Assembly (NCBI GenBank): GCA_963799485.1
Contig: CAWCXJ010000013.1
Coordinates: forward strand, 1 to 64,000
Direction: 5' to 3'
DNA length: 64,000 nt
Source of the DNA: an uncultured Trueperaceae bacterium
GTDB taxonomy: Bacteria > Deinococcota > Deinococci > Deinococcales > Trueperaceae
Below are positions 40,035 to 49,238 of this stretch, in pieces. Positions within the stretch are counted from its first letter, which is position 1; each line of letters begins with the position of its first letter. A program made the position numbers and the translations under genes. The notes beneath the pieces are model-generated. The model made no database searches. It saw only the letters and a list, made by a program, of their open reading frames with translations, and was not told the DNA's origin.

Positions 40035-40966
40035 GCGTCCGCCCGAACCGTGACGTCGCCGGCGATGAGGTGCAGCTCGAGGTGCGCCTCACCCGCGCCC
40101 AGGGTGCCTTCAAAGTTGCCGCCGACAAAGCCGCCGCTACGGGAGAAGTTCGGCGGCAAGGTCAAATCGCCGCAGGTTGCGCTACCCGAAACCGTCACCG
40201 ACGCACCCGCCAAAAAGGTCAGGTTGACGTCGCCCGAGGTCGTCCGGAGCCGCTGTTCGCCCGTTTGAGGGCGCAGTTTTACGGTGACGTCGCCGGCTGT
40301 TACCGTCAGGTCGAGGGTTTCGGCGTCTACAAGTTTGAAGTCGCCCCCCGTAAAACTCCCTTTTACGGCCTTGACCCCGCGAATCTCACTGTCGCCTGAA
40401 GCAATCCTCAAGTCTAAACCCACGCTTTCGGGCAGGCGCACCTTGACGTCCCCGGCAGCCTGGTGCAGCCGCGTCAGCCAGTTGCTATCGCCTTTGGCTT
40501 CCGGGGGTGTGCGGATGAGATAGCCCGTTTCGGTACGCTCCAAGGTCGCTTTACCCGTCACCACCGGGCTGTTCAGGGCAGGGTCGGCCTCGACGGAAAG
40601 GTCGCCGCAAAAGCCGCTCAGTTTGAGCCACTGCTGCACTGCGTCCATTTTTGGTGGTGTTCGAGACGTTTCGGGTGGATAAGGGGGCGGGGGCGGTGCT
40701 GAAGCCGGCGGTTGCGGGGGTTGCACGGGCGGTATTACGGCGGCCTCTGTAGATTGTCCGGCAGCGGGAGGCGCAGAGGAAGACTCGGCGGGCGAGGTCG
40801 GTTGTGACGCGGCTTCGCTCGAGTTTTCACTCATTTCTTCCTGAGCCTCGTTTTCTCCCAACGCCGTAAAAAGAATCTCGGCCTCGGCTTGGGTGATGCG
40901 GCCCGACTCTAACAGCGCCTGCACGCGGGCGTGTTCGCTGGAACCGTTCTGCTGGGCGTCGCTCAT
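40031..40966 (-). CDS. DUF4097/adhesin-like beta-repeat protein with N-terminal SHOCT-like motif and Pro-rich linker
   Basis: LLESGRITQAEA and repeated xGD beta motifs; start ATG 40966 behind AAAGGAG. Confidence 0.75.
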   Translation of the reverse strand: MSDAQQNGSSEHARVQALLESGRITQAEAEILFTALGENEAQEEMSENSSEAASQPTSPAESSSAPPAAGQSTEAAVIPPVQPPQPPASAPPPPPYPPETSRTPPKMDAVQQWLKLSGFCGDLSVEADPALNSPVVTGKATLERTETGYLIRTPPEAKGDSNWLTRLHQAAGDVKVRLPESVGLDLRIASGDSEIRGVKAVKGSFTGGDFKLVDAETLDLTVTAGDVTVKLRPQTGEQRLRTTSGDVNLTFLAGASVTVSGSATCGDLTLPPNFSRSGGFVGGNFEGTLGAGEAHLELHLIAGDVTVRADA

Positions 40967-41151
40967 AAAATCTCCTTTGGGGTGGGGTGGGGCTCGAGTC
41001 TCTCGGCAGCCCCACGTAACCGCGCGGCGAGGGCCGAACGCCATAAAGGGTGAGCTGTATGCCGTAAAAGACGCTGCATCTCGGCTGCTCGTTGAAACTT
41101 TTCGGCACGGGTTTTAGCTTCTTCGACTGCGGCGTAAAACCTGCTGTCCAT
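40963..41151 (-). CDS. Small 62-aa hypothetical protein heading the DUF4097/DUF2089 operon
   Basis: AAAAGGAG RBS; stop overlaps the next ATG (ATGA). Confidence 0.65.
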   Translation of the reverse strand: MDSRFYAAVEEAKTRAEKFQRAAEMQRLLRHTAHPLWRSALAARLRGAAERLEPHPTPKEIL

Positions 41152-41169
41152 GTCATCTCCTTTTGCTAA

Positions 41170-41226
41170 AAGATAAACCTAAACTATGAATATGTCAAGT
41201 AAAAATTGCTATATGTAAAAATTGCT
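41170..41226 (-). promoter_or_regulatory. Promoter with an upstream 12-bp direct repeat
   Basis: Minus-strand TTGACA (41198)-17 nt-TATCTT; GTAAAAATTGCT at 41199 and 41215. Confidence 0.6.
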
Positions 41227-41351
41227 TTGCTATTTTGTCTATAAAGAGTCAGGGTTGTGTTAGTTGTAAAAAGCGTTTCAGGGACTCGAGCCTTCCCAAA
41301 TCGTCCGATAGGCGGAGGTTGGCGGGCAGGCGCACTGGTATCTTTGAGGTT

Positions 41352-42767
41352 ATGCCTTCTTCACCGCCCGCCCGCATTTTCGACGCCGAACACCGTACCC
41401 TCACGCTGGGCATCCTTCTGGGCGTGACGCTCGTGGCTTTCGAGTCGCTCGCCGTCGTCACCATCGCGCCCCGCTTTTCCGCTGAACTAGGCGGCACCGA
41501 CCTTTACGGCTGGGTCTTTAGCGCCCTGCTGCTGACCTCGCTTCTGGGCACTGTCATCGGCGGGCAGCTGGCGGATACGAAGGGGCCGGGCCGCGTCATC
41601 TTGCTGGGGCTGATTGTTTTCGGGTTCGGCCTCGCCGTTGCCGGGGCCGCGCCGACGATGCTCGTGTTGCTCGCGGGTCGGTTGCTGCAGGGCTTGGGCG
41701 GCGGCGCACTCGTCACAGCTCTTTTCGCGGTCGTCAACCTCGCTTACAGCGACCGTTTGCGTCCGGCGGTGTTCGCGGCGATGTCGAGCGCGTGGGTGGT
41801 GCCGGGGCTCGTCGGGCCACTTTTGGCGGCGTTTATCGCGGAGGCCGCGGGTTGGCGAGTGGTGTTCTGGGGTCTGTTGCCGCTGCTGGTTATTGTCGCT
41901 GTTTTAACCGTTCCGGCCTTCGGGCGGTTTCCTCGACCGGACGCCGTAAAGAGACCGAACCGACTCCCGCAAGCTTTGAGTTTGGCGCTCGGGACGGGGT
42001 TCTTTCTGGCGGGGTTGACGCTGGCGTCGTGGTGGGGCGCTCTGCTGCTCGTGGTCGGGGGGCCACTGGCGTTTGTGAGCTTGCGCCGACTTTTGCCTGC
42101 CGGAACGCTCCGGGCGCGGGCGGGTTTACCGGCGGTGGTGGCCTCGAGAGGACTCTTTTACGCTTCATTCGCCGGGGTCGAGGCGTTTTTGGCGTTTATG
42201 CTGACCCGCGTTCACGGCTACACGGAAACCGTCGCGGGCGTCGTGATTGCGACCGGGGCGCTCAGCTGGGCATCAGGCTCGTTTTTGCAGGCGCAGCTCG
42301 AGCGGCGCGGCTCCGGCGAGCTGGGGCGGGCGCGGCGCGTGCGTTTCGGCACGTTTTTGCTGACTGCCGGACTCGCCGTACAACTTGTGGCCCTCTTCGC
42401 GCCCTCCTACTCGCTTCTCATCAGCGTGTTGGGCTGGGGCACCGCAGGCTTGGGCATGGGGCTGGCGCACTCGACCTCTTCGGTGCTGGCGTTTGCGGCG
42501 GCTCCGGCAGGTGAGGGCGGTTCGGTGTCGGCGTCGTTGCAGCTTGCCGACCAGTTTTCCTCGGCGCTGTCAACGGGTATCGGTGGGGCGCTCCTGGGCT
42601 TGGCGGTGGGGCTCGGCAGTTCGGAGCAGGTCGGGGTGGCGTGGGCGTTCGGCTTCTGCTTGCTGCTGATCGTTGCGGCGGTGTGGACGTCGGGGCGGAT
42701 TCCTGCGCCTAACGTCGGGGGACGGGACGTTGTAGAGCAGGGTGCGCTGGCCGCTGAGGGGCGGTAA
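41352..42767 (+). CDS. MFS transporter
   Basis: GGQLADTKGPG motif A, GRLLQGLGGG, about 14 hydrophobic segments; start set at ATG 41352. Confidence 0.88.
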   Translation: MPSSPPARIFDAEHRTLTLGILLGVTLVAFESLAVVTIAPRFSAELGGTDLYGWVFSALLLTSLLGTVIGGQLADTKGPGRVILLGLIVFGFGLAVAGAAPTMLVLLAGRLLQGLGGGALVTALFAVVNLAYSDRLRPAVFAAMSSAWVVPGLVGPLLAAFIAEAAGWRVVFWGLLPLLVIVAVLTVPAFGRFPRPDAVKRPNRLPQALSLALGTGFFLAGLTLASWWGALLLVVGGPLAFVSLRRLLPAGTLRARAGLPAVVASRGLFYASFAGVEAFLAFMLTRVHGYTETVAGVVIATGALSWASGSFLQAQLERRGSGELGRARRVRFGTFLLTAGLAVQLVALFAPSYSLLISVLGWGTAGLGMGLAHSTSSVLAFAAAPAGEGGSVSASLQLADQFSSALSTGIGGALLGLAVGLGSSEQVGVAWAFGFCLLLIVAAVWTSGRIPAPNVGGRDVVEQGALAAEGR

Positions 42768-42776
42768 ACTCAGGGT

Positions 42777-43370
42777 GTGATTGCGTATCTAGACGGGGTC
42801 GTGGCGGAGGTGCGGGCGAACAGTCTGGTGGTTCAGGCGGGCGGGTTCGGGCTCGAGGTCTTCGCCCCCAAGTCCACCCTGATGGTCTCCAAAGTCGGCA
42901 CAGCGCTGCGGCTCCACACCTATTTTTTGGTCAAAGAAGACCTCATGGCGCTCTACGGTTTTCACGACCGCGACGCACATACGCTGTTCACCTACCTTAT
43001 CGGCGTGTCGGGCGTCGGGCCGAAGCTCGCTTTGGCGCTTTTGTCGGGGATGCAGACCTCGCTCGTTGCGGGCGCGATTTTGCAGGGCGACGCCGGACTG
43101 TTAGCGAGTGCGCCGGGGGTCGGCAAACGGATGGCCGAGCGCATTATCCTAGACCTCAAAACCAAATTGCCTGAACACTTGCAGGCACCGGGGGCCACGG
43201 GCCGCGTGATGAGTTTGACAACGCCCGCCGCCGAAGATGCGGTCGAGGCGTTGTTGGCGCTCGGCTACCGCGAAACGCAGGTCAAAGGTGTCGTTGCCGA
43301 ACTTGCCCTAAAAGACAGCGAAGCGACGGCGGAAGCGCTGATTCGTAAGGCACTCTCGAGACTCCGCTAG
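42777..43370 (+). CDS. ruvA: Holliday junction branch migration protein RuvA
   Basis: MIAYLDG, LYGF, VSGVGPKLAL, PGVGKRMAERI, ALLALGY motifs. Confidence 0.96.
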   Translation: MIAYLDGVVAEVRANSLVVQAGGFGLEVFAPKSTLMVSKVGTALRLHTYFLVKEDLMALYGFHDRDAHTLFTYLIGVSGVGPKLALALLSGMQTSLVAGAILQGDAGLLASAPGVGKRMAERIILDLKTKLPEHLQAPGATGRVMSLTTPAAEDAVEALLALGYRETQVKGVVAELALKDSEATAEALIRKALSRLR

Positions 43371-43373
43371 GCT

Positions 43374-43733
43374 GTGAAGGTCGCTCCTGCAAGTTCTCTG
43401 CCGGCAAGTCGGGAGCGGCTCGAGCAAGTCCGCACCTACCTCCGCGATTACCCCGCTTCGGTCGCCCTCGTTTCCTACGCCGGTGACGCGCCGCCACTCG
43501 TCCGGTTGGGTACACTCGTCACCCGTAAACAGCTCGCCTCGGGGCTGATTACCGACCCCGTGCTGCTACGCTTCACCGAACGCCTCAAAAAAACCCGCCC
43601 GGATTTGAGTCTCGCGCAGTTTTTACGGCTACCTGTACCTGTGAGCGCCGGAGACCAAGAGGTTTACACCGCCCGGTTGGGTAAGTGGCTGTTTGAAGTG
43701 AAGATGTTGGAACGCGCTTTGGAAGGTCTATAA
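43374..43733 (+). CDS. Hypothetical protein
   Basis: 119-aa ORF tightly packed between ruvA and the next gene. Confidence 0.6.
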   Translation: MKVAPASSLPASRERLEQVRTYLRDYPASVALVSYAGDAPPLVRLGTLVTRKQLASGLITDPVLLRFTERLKKTRPDLSLAQFLRLPVPVSAGDQEVYTARLGKWLFEVKMLERALEGL

Positions 43734-43734
43734 G

Positions 43735-44205
43735 ATGACTACACTACGCTACTACTCGAAAAAAGACAGCTGGCTGCTCGCGCTTATAGGGGCTGTGTTG
43801 TTACTCCCGCTTGCCCTGGCTATCTACGACCTTTTTCAGGGTGATATAGACGGGCTATCGTCTTTGTTTTTCGGAATCGCCGTACCGGGAACCTTGCTGC
43901 TGCTCACCTACCCGCTCTATTACGACCTGACGCCCACCGCACTAGAGGTGCGCGGCGGTATTCTCGTCAACCAACAGATTCCGCTGTCGGCGGTTCAAGA
44001 GGTCGTGCCGACCCGCAACCCGCTGAGCGCACCCGCGTGGTCACTCGACCGGCTCCGGGTCAACTACGAAACCGAGGACGGCGAGAGTTTTATGCTGATT
44101 TCACCAACAGATAAAACCGGATTTATGGCTGAACTGACCCGGCGTGACGGGGGGCTCGAGCTTCAGGACCAGCGGGTCGTCCGCGTTGACTGGCGCGGCG
44201 ACTAA
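43735..44205 (+). CDS. Membrane protein with bacterial PH-like domain
   Basis: SKKDSW, two TM helices, TRNPLSAPAWSLDRL, ISP motifs. Confidence 0.78.
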   Translation: MTTLRYYSKKDSWLLALIGAVLLLPLALAIYDLFQGDIDGLSSLFFGIAVPGTLLLLTYPLYYDLTPTALEVRGGILVNQQIPLSAVQEVVPTRNPLSAPAWSLDRLRVNYETEDGESFMLISPTDKTGFMAELTRRDGGLELQDQRVVRVDWRGD

Positions 44206-44231
44206 AGAGCTAAACGCTCGAGCTAGCAACC

Positions 44232-45362
44232 TTACCCTGCTAACTTCACAGGCTCACTCAGCGCGACGCTGGGCGGGACGACCTCGAGGCCGAACGCGTC
44301 CCCCACACCCTGAAAGGTCAGCTGGCCCTGGTAGGTATTGAGCCCTTTCATGAGCGCCGGGTCGTGTTGCAGCGCCCCCGCGCCGTGCTCGGCGAGTGCG
44401 AGCGCGTACTTGAGCGTCTGGTTCGACAGGGCGATGGTGCTCGTATTCGGCACGGCTCCCGGCATGTTGGCGACGCCGTAGTGCACCACGCCGTCTACGA
44501 CAAAGGTCGGGTCGTCGTGGGTGGTCGGGCGAATCGTTTCGATACAGCCGCCCTGGTCAACTGCGACGTCTACGATAACGCTGCCCGGTTTCATCGTCCC
44601 GATCATCTCACGCGTGACCAGATGCGGAGCCCTGGCCCCCGGAATCAGCACCGCCCCGACGAGCAGGTCGGCGCGAGCGACCAGCTCGGCGATGTTGGCA
44701 GGCGTACTCGCTAAAGTCTGCAGGCTGCTGCCGAACACATCGTCCAGATACTGCAAGCGTGCGTGGCTCACATCCAAAATGGTGACGCGCGCGCCGAGGC
44801 CGACAGCGATTTTGGCGGCGTTGGTGCCTACCATGCCGCCGCCCAAGACGACCACTTCACCCGCCTGGACGCCCGGTACACCGCCGAGCAGCAACCCGCG
44901 TCCGCCTAAAAACTTGCCGAGATAGTGCGCCCCGACCTGGGTCGCCATCCGTCCGGCAACTTCGCTCATCGGCGTTAAGAGGGGGAGTGAGCCGTTGGCG
45001 AGTTGCACCGTTTCATACGCCACGGCGGCGGTTCCGGCCCCTAGCAGCGCCTCGGTCAGCGGGCGGTCGGCGGCGAGGTGCAGGTAAGTAAAGAGCAGCA
45101 GGTCGGCCCGTAAAAATCCGTACTCCTGTTTTATCGGCTCTTTGACCTTCAAGACCATCTCCTGCGCCCACGCTTCGGCGGCGCTACCGACAATCTCCGC
45201 GCCCTGCGCCGCGTATTCGTCGTCTGAAAAGCCGCTGCCGACCCCGGCTCCCGTTTCGACGGCTACCTTGTGCCCGTGCGCTACGAACCCATGAACCGTA
45301 CCGGGGGTTGCCGCGACTCTATATTCGTGAGTCTTGACCTCTTTGGGGACGCCTATATTCAT
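44232..45362 (-). CDS. ald: Alanine dehydrogenase
   Basis: [41 protein letters not shown]; start ATG 45362. Confidence 0.96.
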   Translation of the reverse strand: MNIGVPKEVKTHEYRVAATPGTVHGFVAHGHKVAVETGAGVGSGFSDDEYAAQGAEIVGSAAEAWAQEMVLKVKEPIKQEYGFLRADLLLFTYLHLAADRPLTEALLGAGTAAVAYETVQLANGSLPLLTPMSEVAGRMATQVGAHYLGKFLGGRGLLLGGVPGVQAGEVVVLGGGMVGTNAAKIAVGLGARVTILDVSHARLQYLDDVFGSSLQTLASTPANIAELVARADLLVGAVLIPGARAPHLVTREMIGTMKPGSVIVDVAVDQGGCIETIRPTTHDDPTFVVDGVVHYGVANMPGAVPNTSTIALSNQTLKYALALAEHGAGALQHDPALMKGLNTYQGQLTFQGVGDAFGLEVVPPSVALSEPVKLAG

Positions 45363-45480
45363 ATCCTTCACCTCGCTATACATAAGTCTATCGTAAACGT
45401 GCCCGAGCGATGATTTATTTGAAAACGTCAAAGGTAGTCATAGCGCGGGGGTGCAACCCCTTGTTCGGGCGTCTGCCGGG

Positions 45481-46386
45481 TCAAGTCCAGACACGCAGAA
45501 ATTTCATCCGGCCCGCCTGTACTTCGGCAACTGCCACGAGCGTCCGCGACGGGTCAACCAACCCGAGGCGTCCGTCGGCGAGGGCTTCGGAAGGTAGACG
45601 CTGACCCTGCCGGACCCTGGTGACCTGAGCGGTGTCTAACTCGAGCAGCGGATAAGGTAGCGCGTCAGCGAGGCTTAAACCGGGAACACTTGAAAGCTCA
45701 TCTAAAGAAATGGCTTGTTCCAGCCCAAAAATCCCCGATTGTGTCCGAACGAGGCCCGAAAGATGCGCCGGAACGCCTAGAGCCGCGCCTAAATCCCTGG
45801 CAAAGGCCCGCAGGTAAGTCCCGGCCTGTACGCGCACCTCGAACAGCGCGGTAGGAAAGTCGCCGAGTGTCGGGGGCAGGGGTGCGGGAGGCTCGAGCGT
45901 CCCCTTCAGCGTGTCTCTAATGGGTGCAAACCCCAGCAACTCAATCGCCTTGTAGCCAGCCGGACGAGCTTCCAACTTGAGCGTCTCACCCTTACGCGCC
46001 GCCTCATAACCCTTGACACCTCCCTTTTTTACGGCGGAATACTGCGGCGGCAATTGTTCGGAAAGCTCTAGAAATGGCGGCAGCGCAGCCTGAATACTTG
46101 CGGCGGTCAATCCTGAAGCGTCGGCGGTCTCGCTGACCGGGCCTTCGGCGTCGAGTGTGTCGGTTCCGGCTCCGAACGAGACCCACGCCAAATACCGTTT
46201 TTCCGAAGCTGTTAAAAAGGGGGAGAGCTTGGTCGCGCCGTCGCTTAAAATGACCAGCACGCCGGTTGCCAGCGGGTCGAGGGTTCCGGCGTGACCGACG
46301 GCCCTGGTTTTCAGGCGTTTACGGGCCTGCGCCACTACGTCGTGCGAAGTCAGGCCGAGGGGTTTGTCCAGAATATAAACAGGCAT
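45481..46386 (-). CDS. truB: tRNA pseudouridine(55) synthase
   Basis: LDKPLGLTSHDVV, VGHAGTLDPLATGVL, PPQYSAVK, GTYLR; start ATG 46386. Confidence 0.95.
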   Translation of the reverse strand: MPVYILDKPLGLTSHDVVAQARKRLKTRAVGHAGTLDPLATGVLVILSDGATKLSPFLTASEKRYLAWVSFGAGTDTLDAEGPVSETADASGLTAASIQAALPPFLELSEQLPPQYSAVKKGGVKGYEAARKGETLKLEARPAGYKAIELLGFAPIRDTLKGTLEPPAPLPPTLGDFPTALFEVRVQAGTYLRAFARDLGAALGVPAHLSGLVRTQSGIFGLEQAISLDELSSVPGLSLADALPYPLLELDTAQVTRVRQGQRLPSEALADGRLGLVDPSRTLVAVAEVQAGRMKFLRVWT

Positions 46387-46387
46387 T

Positions 46388-46792
46388 TCAGACCTCGAGT
46401 AGCGGGGCACCCATCCGGGTCGCCGCTCTTTGAAGCGGCGCGTCTAACGTCGCAAGCGGCAATCCCAGACTCACCGCCAAATCCAAATAAGCTGCGTCGT
46501 AAGCCGAAAGACCATACGCGCGGCCCAGCGCCAGCGGCGAGCCGAACTTCGGGAGTGCGTCCGAGACGATAATCGGTAACGCTTCTAACAGGCCGACAAA
46601 CCGCGCCGTTTGTGCCTGCGTCAGCCGCTGACGGCGTTCGCCGACCAACAAGACGTTGGCGACCTCGAGCTGCCACAACGTAGGAACCACAGCTTGAGTT
46701 TTTTCCAAGGTGTCCAGGACGCCCTCACTATAGGGCGTCGTTTCATCTTCAAAACACCAGGCCACCGTAACCGACGCGTCCAGCACAAACAC
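46388..46792 (-). CDS. vapC: VapC-family PIN toxin
   Basis: FVLDAS, EVAN, LSAYDAAYL, LATLD PIN acidic residues. Confidence 0.9.
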   Translation of the reverse strand: MFVLDASVTVAWCFEDETTPYSEGVLDTLEKTQAVVPTLWQLEVANVLLVGERRQRLTQAQTARFVGLLEALPIIVSDALPKFGSPLALGRAYGLSAYDAAYLDLAVSLGLPLATLDAPLQRAATRMGAPLLEV

Positions 46793-47029
46793 CTAAGCGC
46801 GCCCCTCTTCAATCAGCTCACGCACTGAAAGTTCACCTAAAGTAACCCCCCGCCTAAACGCCCGCAACTCCCTGATAACAGTACCGGGGTCGGCGCGTGT
46901 TCGGTCAGGAGGCGTGAGTTTGGCAACCGCATGACCGTGTTTGGTAATCGTGATGCTTTTACCCTCTGCGACCTCTTCCAAGAGCTGTGATAAATGCGTT
47001 TTCGCGTCGTAAGCACCAACTTTACGCAC
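46793..47029 (-). CDS. Phd/YefM-family antitoxin
   Basis: DAKTHLSQLL..V..G..ITITKHG..VAKL; GGAGG before GTG 47029. Confidence 0.9.
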   Translation of the reverse strand: MRKVGAYDAKTHLSQLLEEVAEGKSITITKHGHAVAKLTPPDRTRADPGTVIRELRAFRRGVTLGELSVRELIEEGRA

Positions 47030-47048
47030 AGGTGTGACCTCCCCCAAA

Positions 47049-47132
47049 CTGGTCTAAAGCTAGTCTAAACCGACCAGATGAGCCTGTCAACATTTTAGCT
47101 ATTGACAAAGTATTGTAAATGTACAACAATAC
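47049..47132. promoter_or_regulatory. Back-to-back promoters/operators for the TA module (-) and the XRE gene (+)
   Basis: Minus TTGACA (47090)-17 nt-TAGACT within a CTGGTC...GACCAG palindrome; plus TTGACA (47102) followed by the palindrome GTATTGT-N9-ACAATAC. Confidence 0.6.
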
Positions 47133-47161
47133 GTTCTAGTTTTACGGTAAGAGAGGTGAAG

Positions 47162-47425
47162 GTGCCCGAAACCAAACTGACGATCTACAACCGGCTTTCC
47201 GTTTTACGGGCCGAGCGGGGCTTGTCGCGGCAAGAGCTCGCGGACGCAGTAGGGGTGAACTATCAGACCATCGGTTACTTAGAGCGCGGCGACTACAACC
47301 CGAGCCTCGAGCTAGCCTTCAAACTCAGTGAGTTTTTCGGGTTGCCGATTGAGGTTATTTTTTCGACTCGACCTCTTAAACCCTTGAGTGAAGCACTTTT
47401 TGAAGTTAAGGAAAGTGCTGCATGA
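47162..47425 (+). CDS. XRE-family HTH regulator
   Basis: NRLSVLRAERGLSRQELA...YQTIGYLERGDYNPSLELA; start GTG 47162. Confidence 0.9.
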   Translation: MPETKLTIYNRLSVLRAERGLSRQELADAVGVNYQTIGYLERGDYNPSLELAFKLSEFFGLPIEVIFSTRPLKPLSEALFEVKESAA

Positions 47426-47490
47426 GCGGGCCGAAAAGTTTTGTTGTTTGGCTCGAGCCCAACCCTCCCGAAACTGAGGTCACCACATGA
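47422..47490 (+). pseudogene. 22-aa mini-ORF, probably a collapsed paralog of the downstream membrane gene
   Basis: MSGPKSFVVWLEPNPPETEVTT; ATGA overlaps at both ends; WLEP resembles WREP at the end of 47487-47948. Confidence 0.45.
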
Positions 47491-47948
47491 CACGCATCAA
47501 CACCCGTAAAAACCGGCGCTTATATGTGACGTTGTACGCGCTCGCGCTCGTTTTCCTCTATCCGCCCTTATACGAAAATCTAGGTACACTGGCGACGCTC
47601 GCCTTTTTCTTCGTTTCACCCCTGTATTACGCCCGTAGCGCTCTCATAGCGGCTTACCGAAAGAACCGTATGGATGAACGAGAGCGTGGTGTGGCGCTCG
47701 AGGGTTACGAAAACGCCTATGCAATTTTGGCGCTCACTCTAGTCGTCAGCCTTTTTGTTGCCAAAGTCTATCCACCCTCCATATGGCTAGCGGTCGTCGC
47801 GCCTTACTTCCTCTTTACACCGAGCGTACTTTTCGACCCATTCACCATGACGTTGCTGGTTTTGGTGTTACCAGCTTGTGTGATTGCTTGGCGCGAGCCA
47901 GGCCCACTCCCAAATGAACCCACCGTTCTTGCCGACACCCGCACCTAA
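47487..47948 (+). CDS. Small membrane protein (DERE motif, DUF2178-like)
   Basis: About four TM segments with MDERE...AY; follows the XRE gene. Confidence 0.7.
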   Translation: MTRINTRKNRRLYVTLYALALVFLYPPLYENLGTLATLAFFFVSPLYYARSALIAAYRKNRMDERERGVALEGYENAYAILALTLVVSLFVAKVYPPSIWLAVVAPYFLFTPSVLFDPFTMTLLVLVLPACVIAWREPGPLPNEPTVLADTRT

Positions 47949-47958
47949 ACGTTAAACA

Positions 47959-47983
47959 GGGCTCTCACCATTTAGTGAAAGCC
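47959..47983. terminator. Hairpin between convergent genes
   Basis: GGGCTCTCAC-CATTTA-GTGAAAGCCC imperfect stem. Confidence 0.45.
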
Positions 47984-48008
47984 CCGGCTGAGTTACTTGT
48001 TCGCGTTT

Positions 48009-48989
48009 TTACTTTGCCATATCGTAAGCGACTTGAGGCAGAAACTGACCCGCCGCCGAACCTTTACCCACGCCGCAGTCGCCGTCGGATTCACCCGGCG
48101 ACTTGACCCATAAGAGCATCTCCAAACCCTTGCTGCCCGCAACTTTACGCGAGGTCACGCCGAGTTTACGGCCTGCCGGGTTGCACCAATCGTTCCCCGG
48201 CCCCGCCCCGTTGCGGCTCGTGTCGATGACAAAACGCGTATTACCACCGAGCTTTTGCACGATGCTGTTGCCGTAACGTCGGCTCTCGTCGGTTGTCCGG
48301 TAGTTCGAGGTGTTGAGCGCAAAACCTGCCGCCTTGCCGATGTCGGCTGCTTTGAGGCGGGTCGCCATGTCCGCCGCAGACTTCCAGTTCGAGTTGCCCG
48401 CGTCGAGGTAGACTTTGGCTTTGGGTGCGCCCCGGCTGAACTCGTTGACGGCGAAAGACAGCAGGTCTGTGACCAGTTTGGTGTTGGTGCCCTGCTGACA
48501 GTCTAACAAAAGCGGCAGGGCGTCGGGCTCGAGGATCACCACCGCGCTGCGCGGACCGACCCCCTTGACAAAGTTGCGAATCCAGGTTTTGTACGCTTCC
48601 GGACTGCCCGCGCCGCCGGAGCTGTACTGCCCGCAGTCGCGTCCCGGAATGTTATACGCCACGAAAATGGGCGTTTTGCCGGCAGCCGCCGCAGCTTTCG
48701 TATAAGACGCGGCTTCTCCCTCGATGTCGGGTGTCCAGTCGCCGACCCACTTGCCCTGGGGCTGACTGGCAATTTTTTGCCGGATGACCGCTGCCCTGCC
48801 GTCTGCAGCGTTGCTCTCGACCCAGCCTGCCACCGGGCTGTTCGGATTGACGTAAAACGGGCTCGTTGCGGCGGTCTCGAGTTCGGCTTTAGTCTCCGGT
48901 GAGCTGGCTGACGTGCTGCTACAAGCTGCCAACCCCAGCGTGAGAAAGCAACCGAGCAGAGCGGGTAAGTAACGTTTGACGCGCACCAT
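48009..48989 (-). CDS. GH6 endoglucanase-type lipoprotein
   Basis: Lipobox LAAC; YNIPGRDC, ILEPDAL, YLDAG, IDTSRNG, WCNP, WVKSPGESDG motifs. Confidence 0.92.
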   Translation of the reverse strand: MVRVKRYLPALLGCFLTLGLAACSSTSASSPETKAELETAATSPFYVNPNSPVAGWVESNAADGRAAVIRQKIASQPQGKWVGDWTPDIEGEAASYTKAAAAAGKTPIFVAYNIPGRDCGQYSSGGAGSPEAYKTWIRNFVKGVGPRSAVVILEPDALPLLLDCQQGTNTKLVTDLLSFAVNEFSRGAPKAKVYLDAGNSNWKSAADMATRLKAADIGKAAGFALNTSNYRTTDESRRYGNSIVQKLGGNTRFVIDTSRNGAGPGNDWCNPAGRKLGVTSRKVAGSKGLEMLLWVKSPGESDGDCGVGKGSAAGQFLPQVAYDMAK

Positions 48990-49238
48990 CTGTGTCCCCC
49001 TGAGTTGAAGTTTTACCCGAGAAACGTAACAGATTTTTCCATGAGAACTTTCTTTTAGTTCGTTAAACACAACTCGGTAGAAATAAAAGTTTCACAAGCA
49101 GCAGTGCTGTGAAGTTACTCGAAGCGGTTGTAGTCAAGCTGTAGCGTAGCGCCGTAAAAAGCTCGAGGCTTACCCAGCTCGCCGTAAAACCCAGGCACCC
49201 TTAGAACCCGGGTGCCTTTCACGCCGTATACTCTAACG

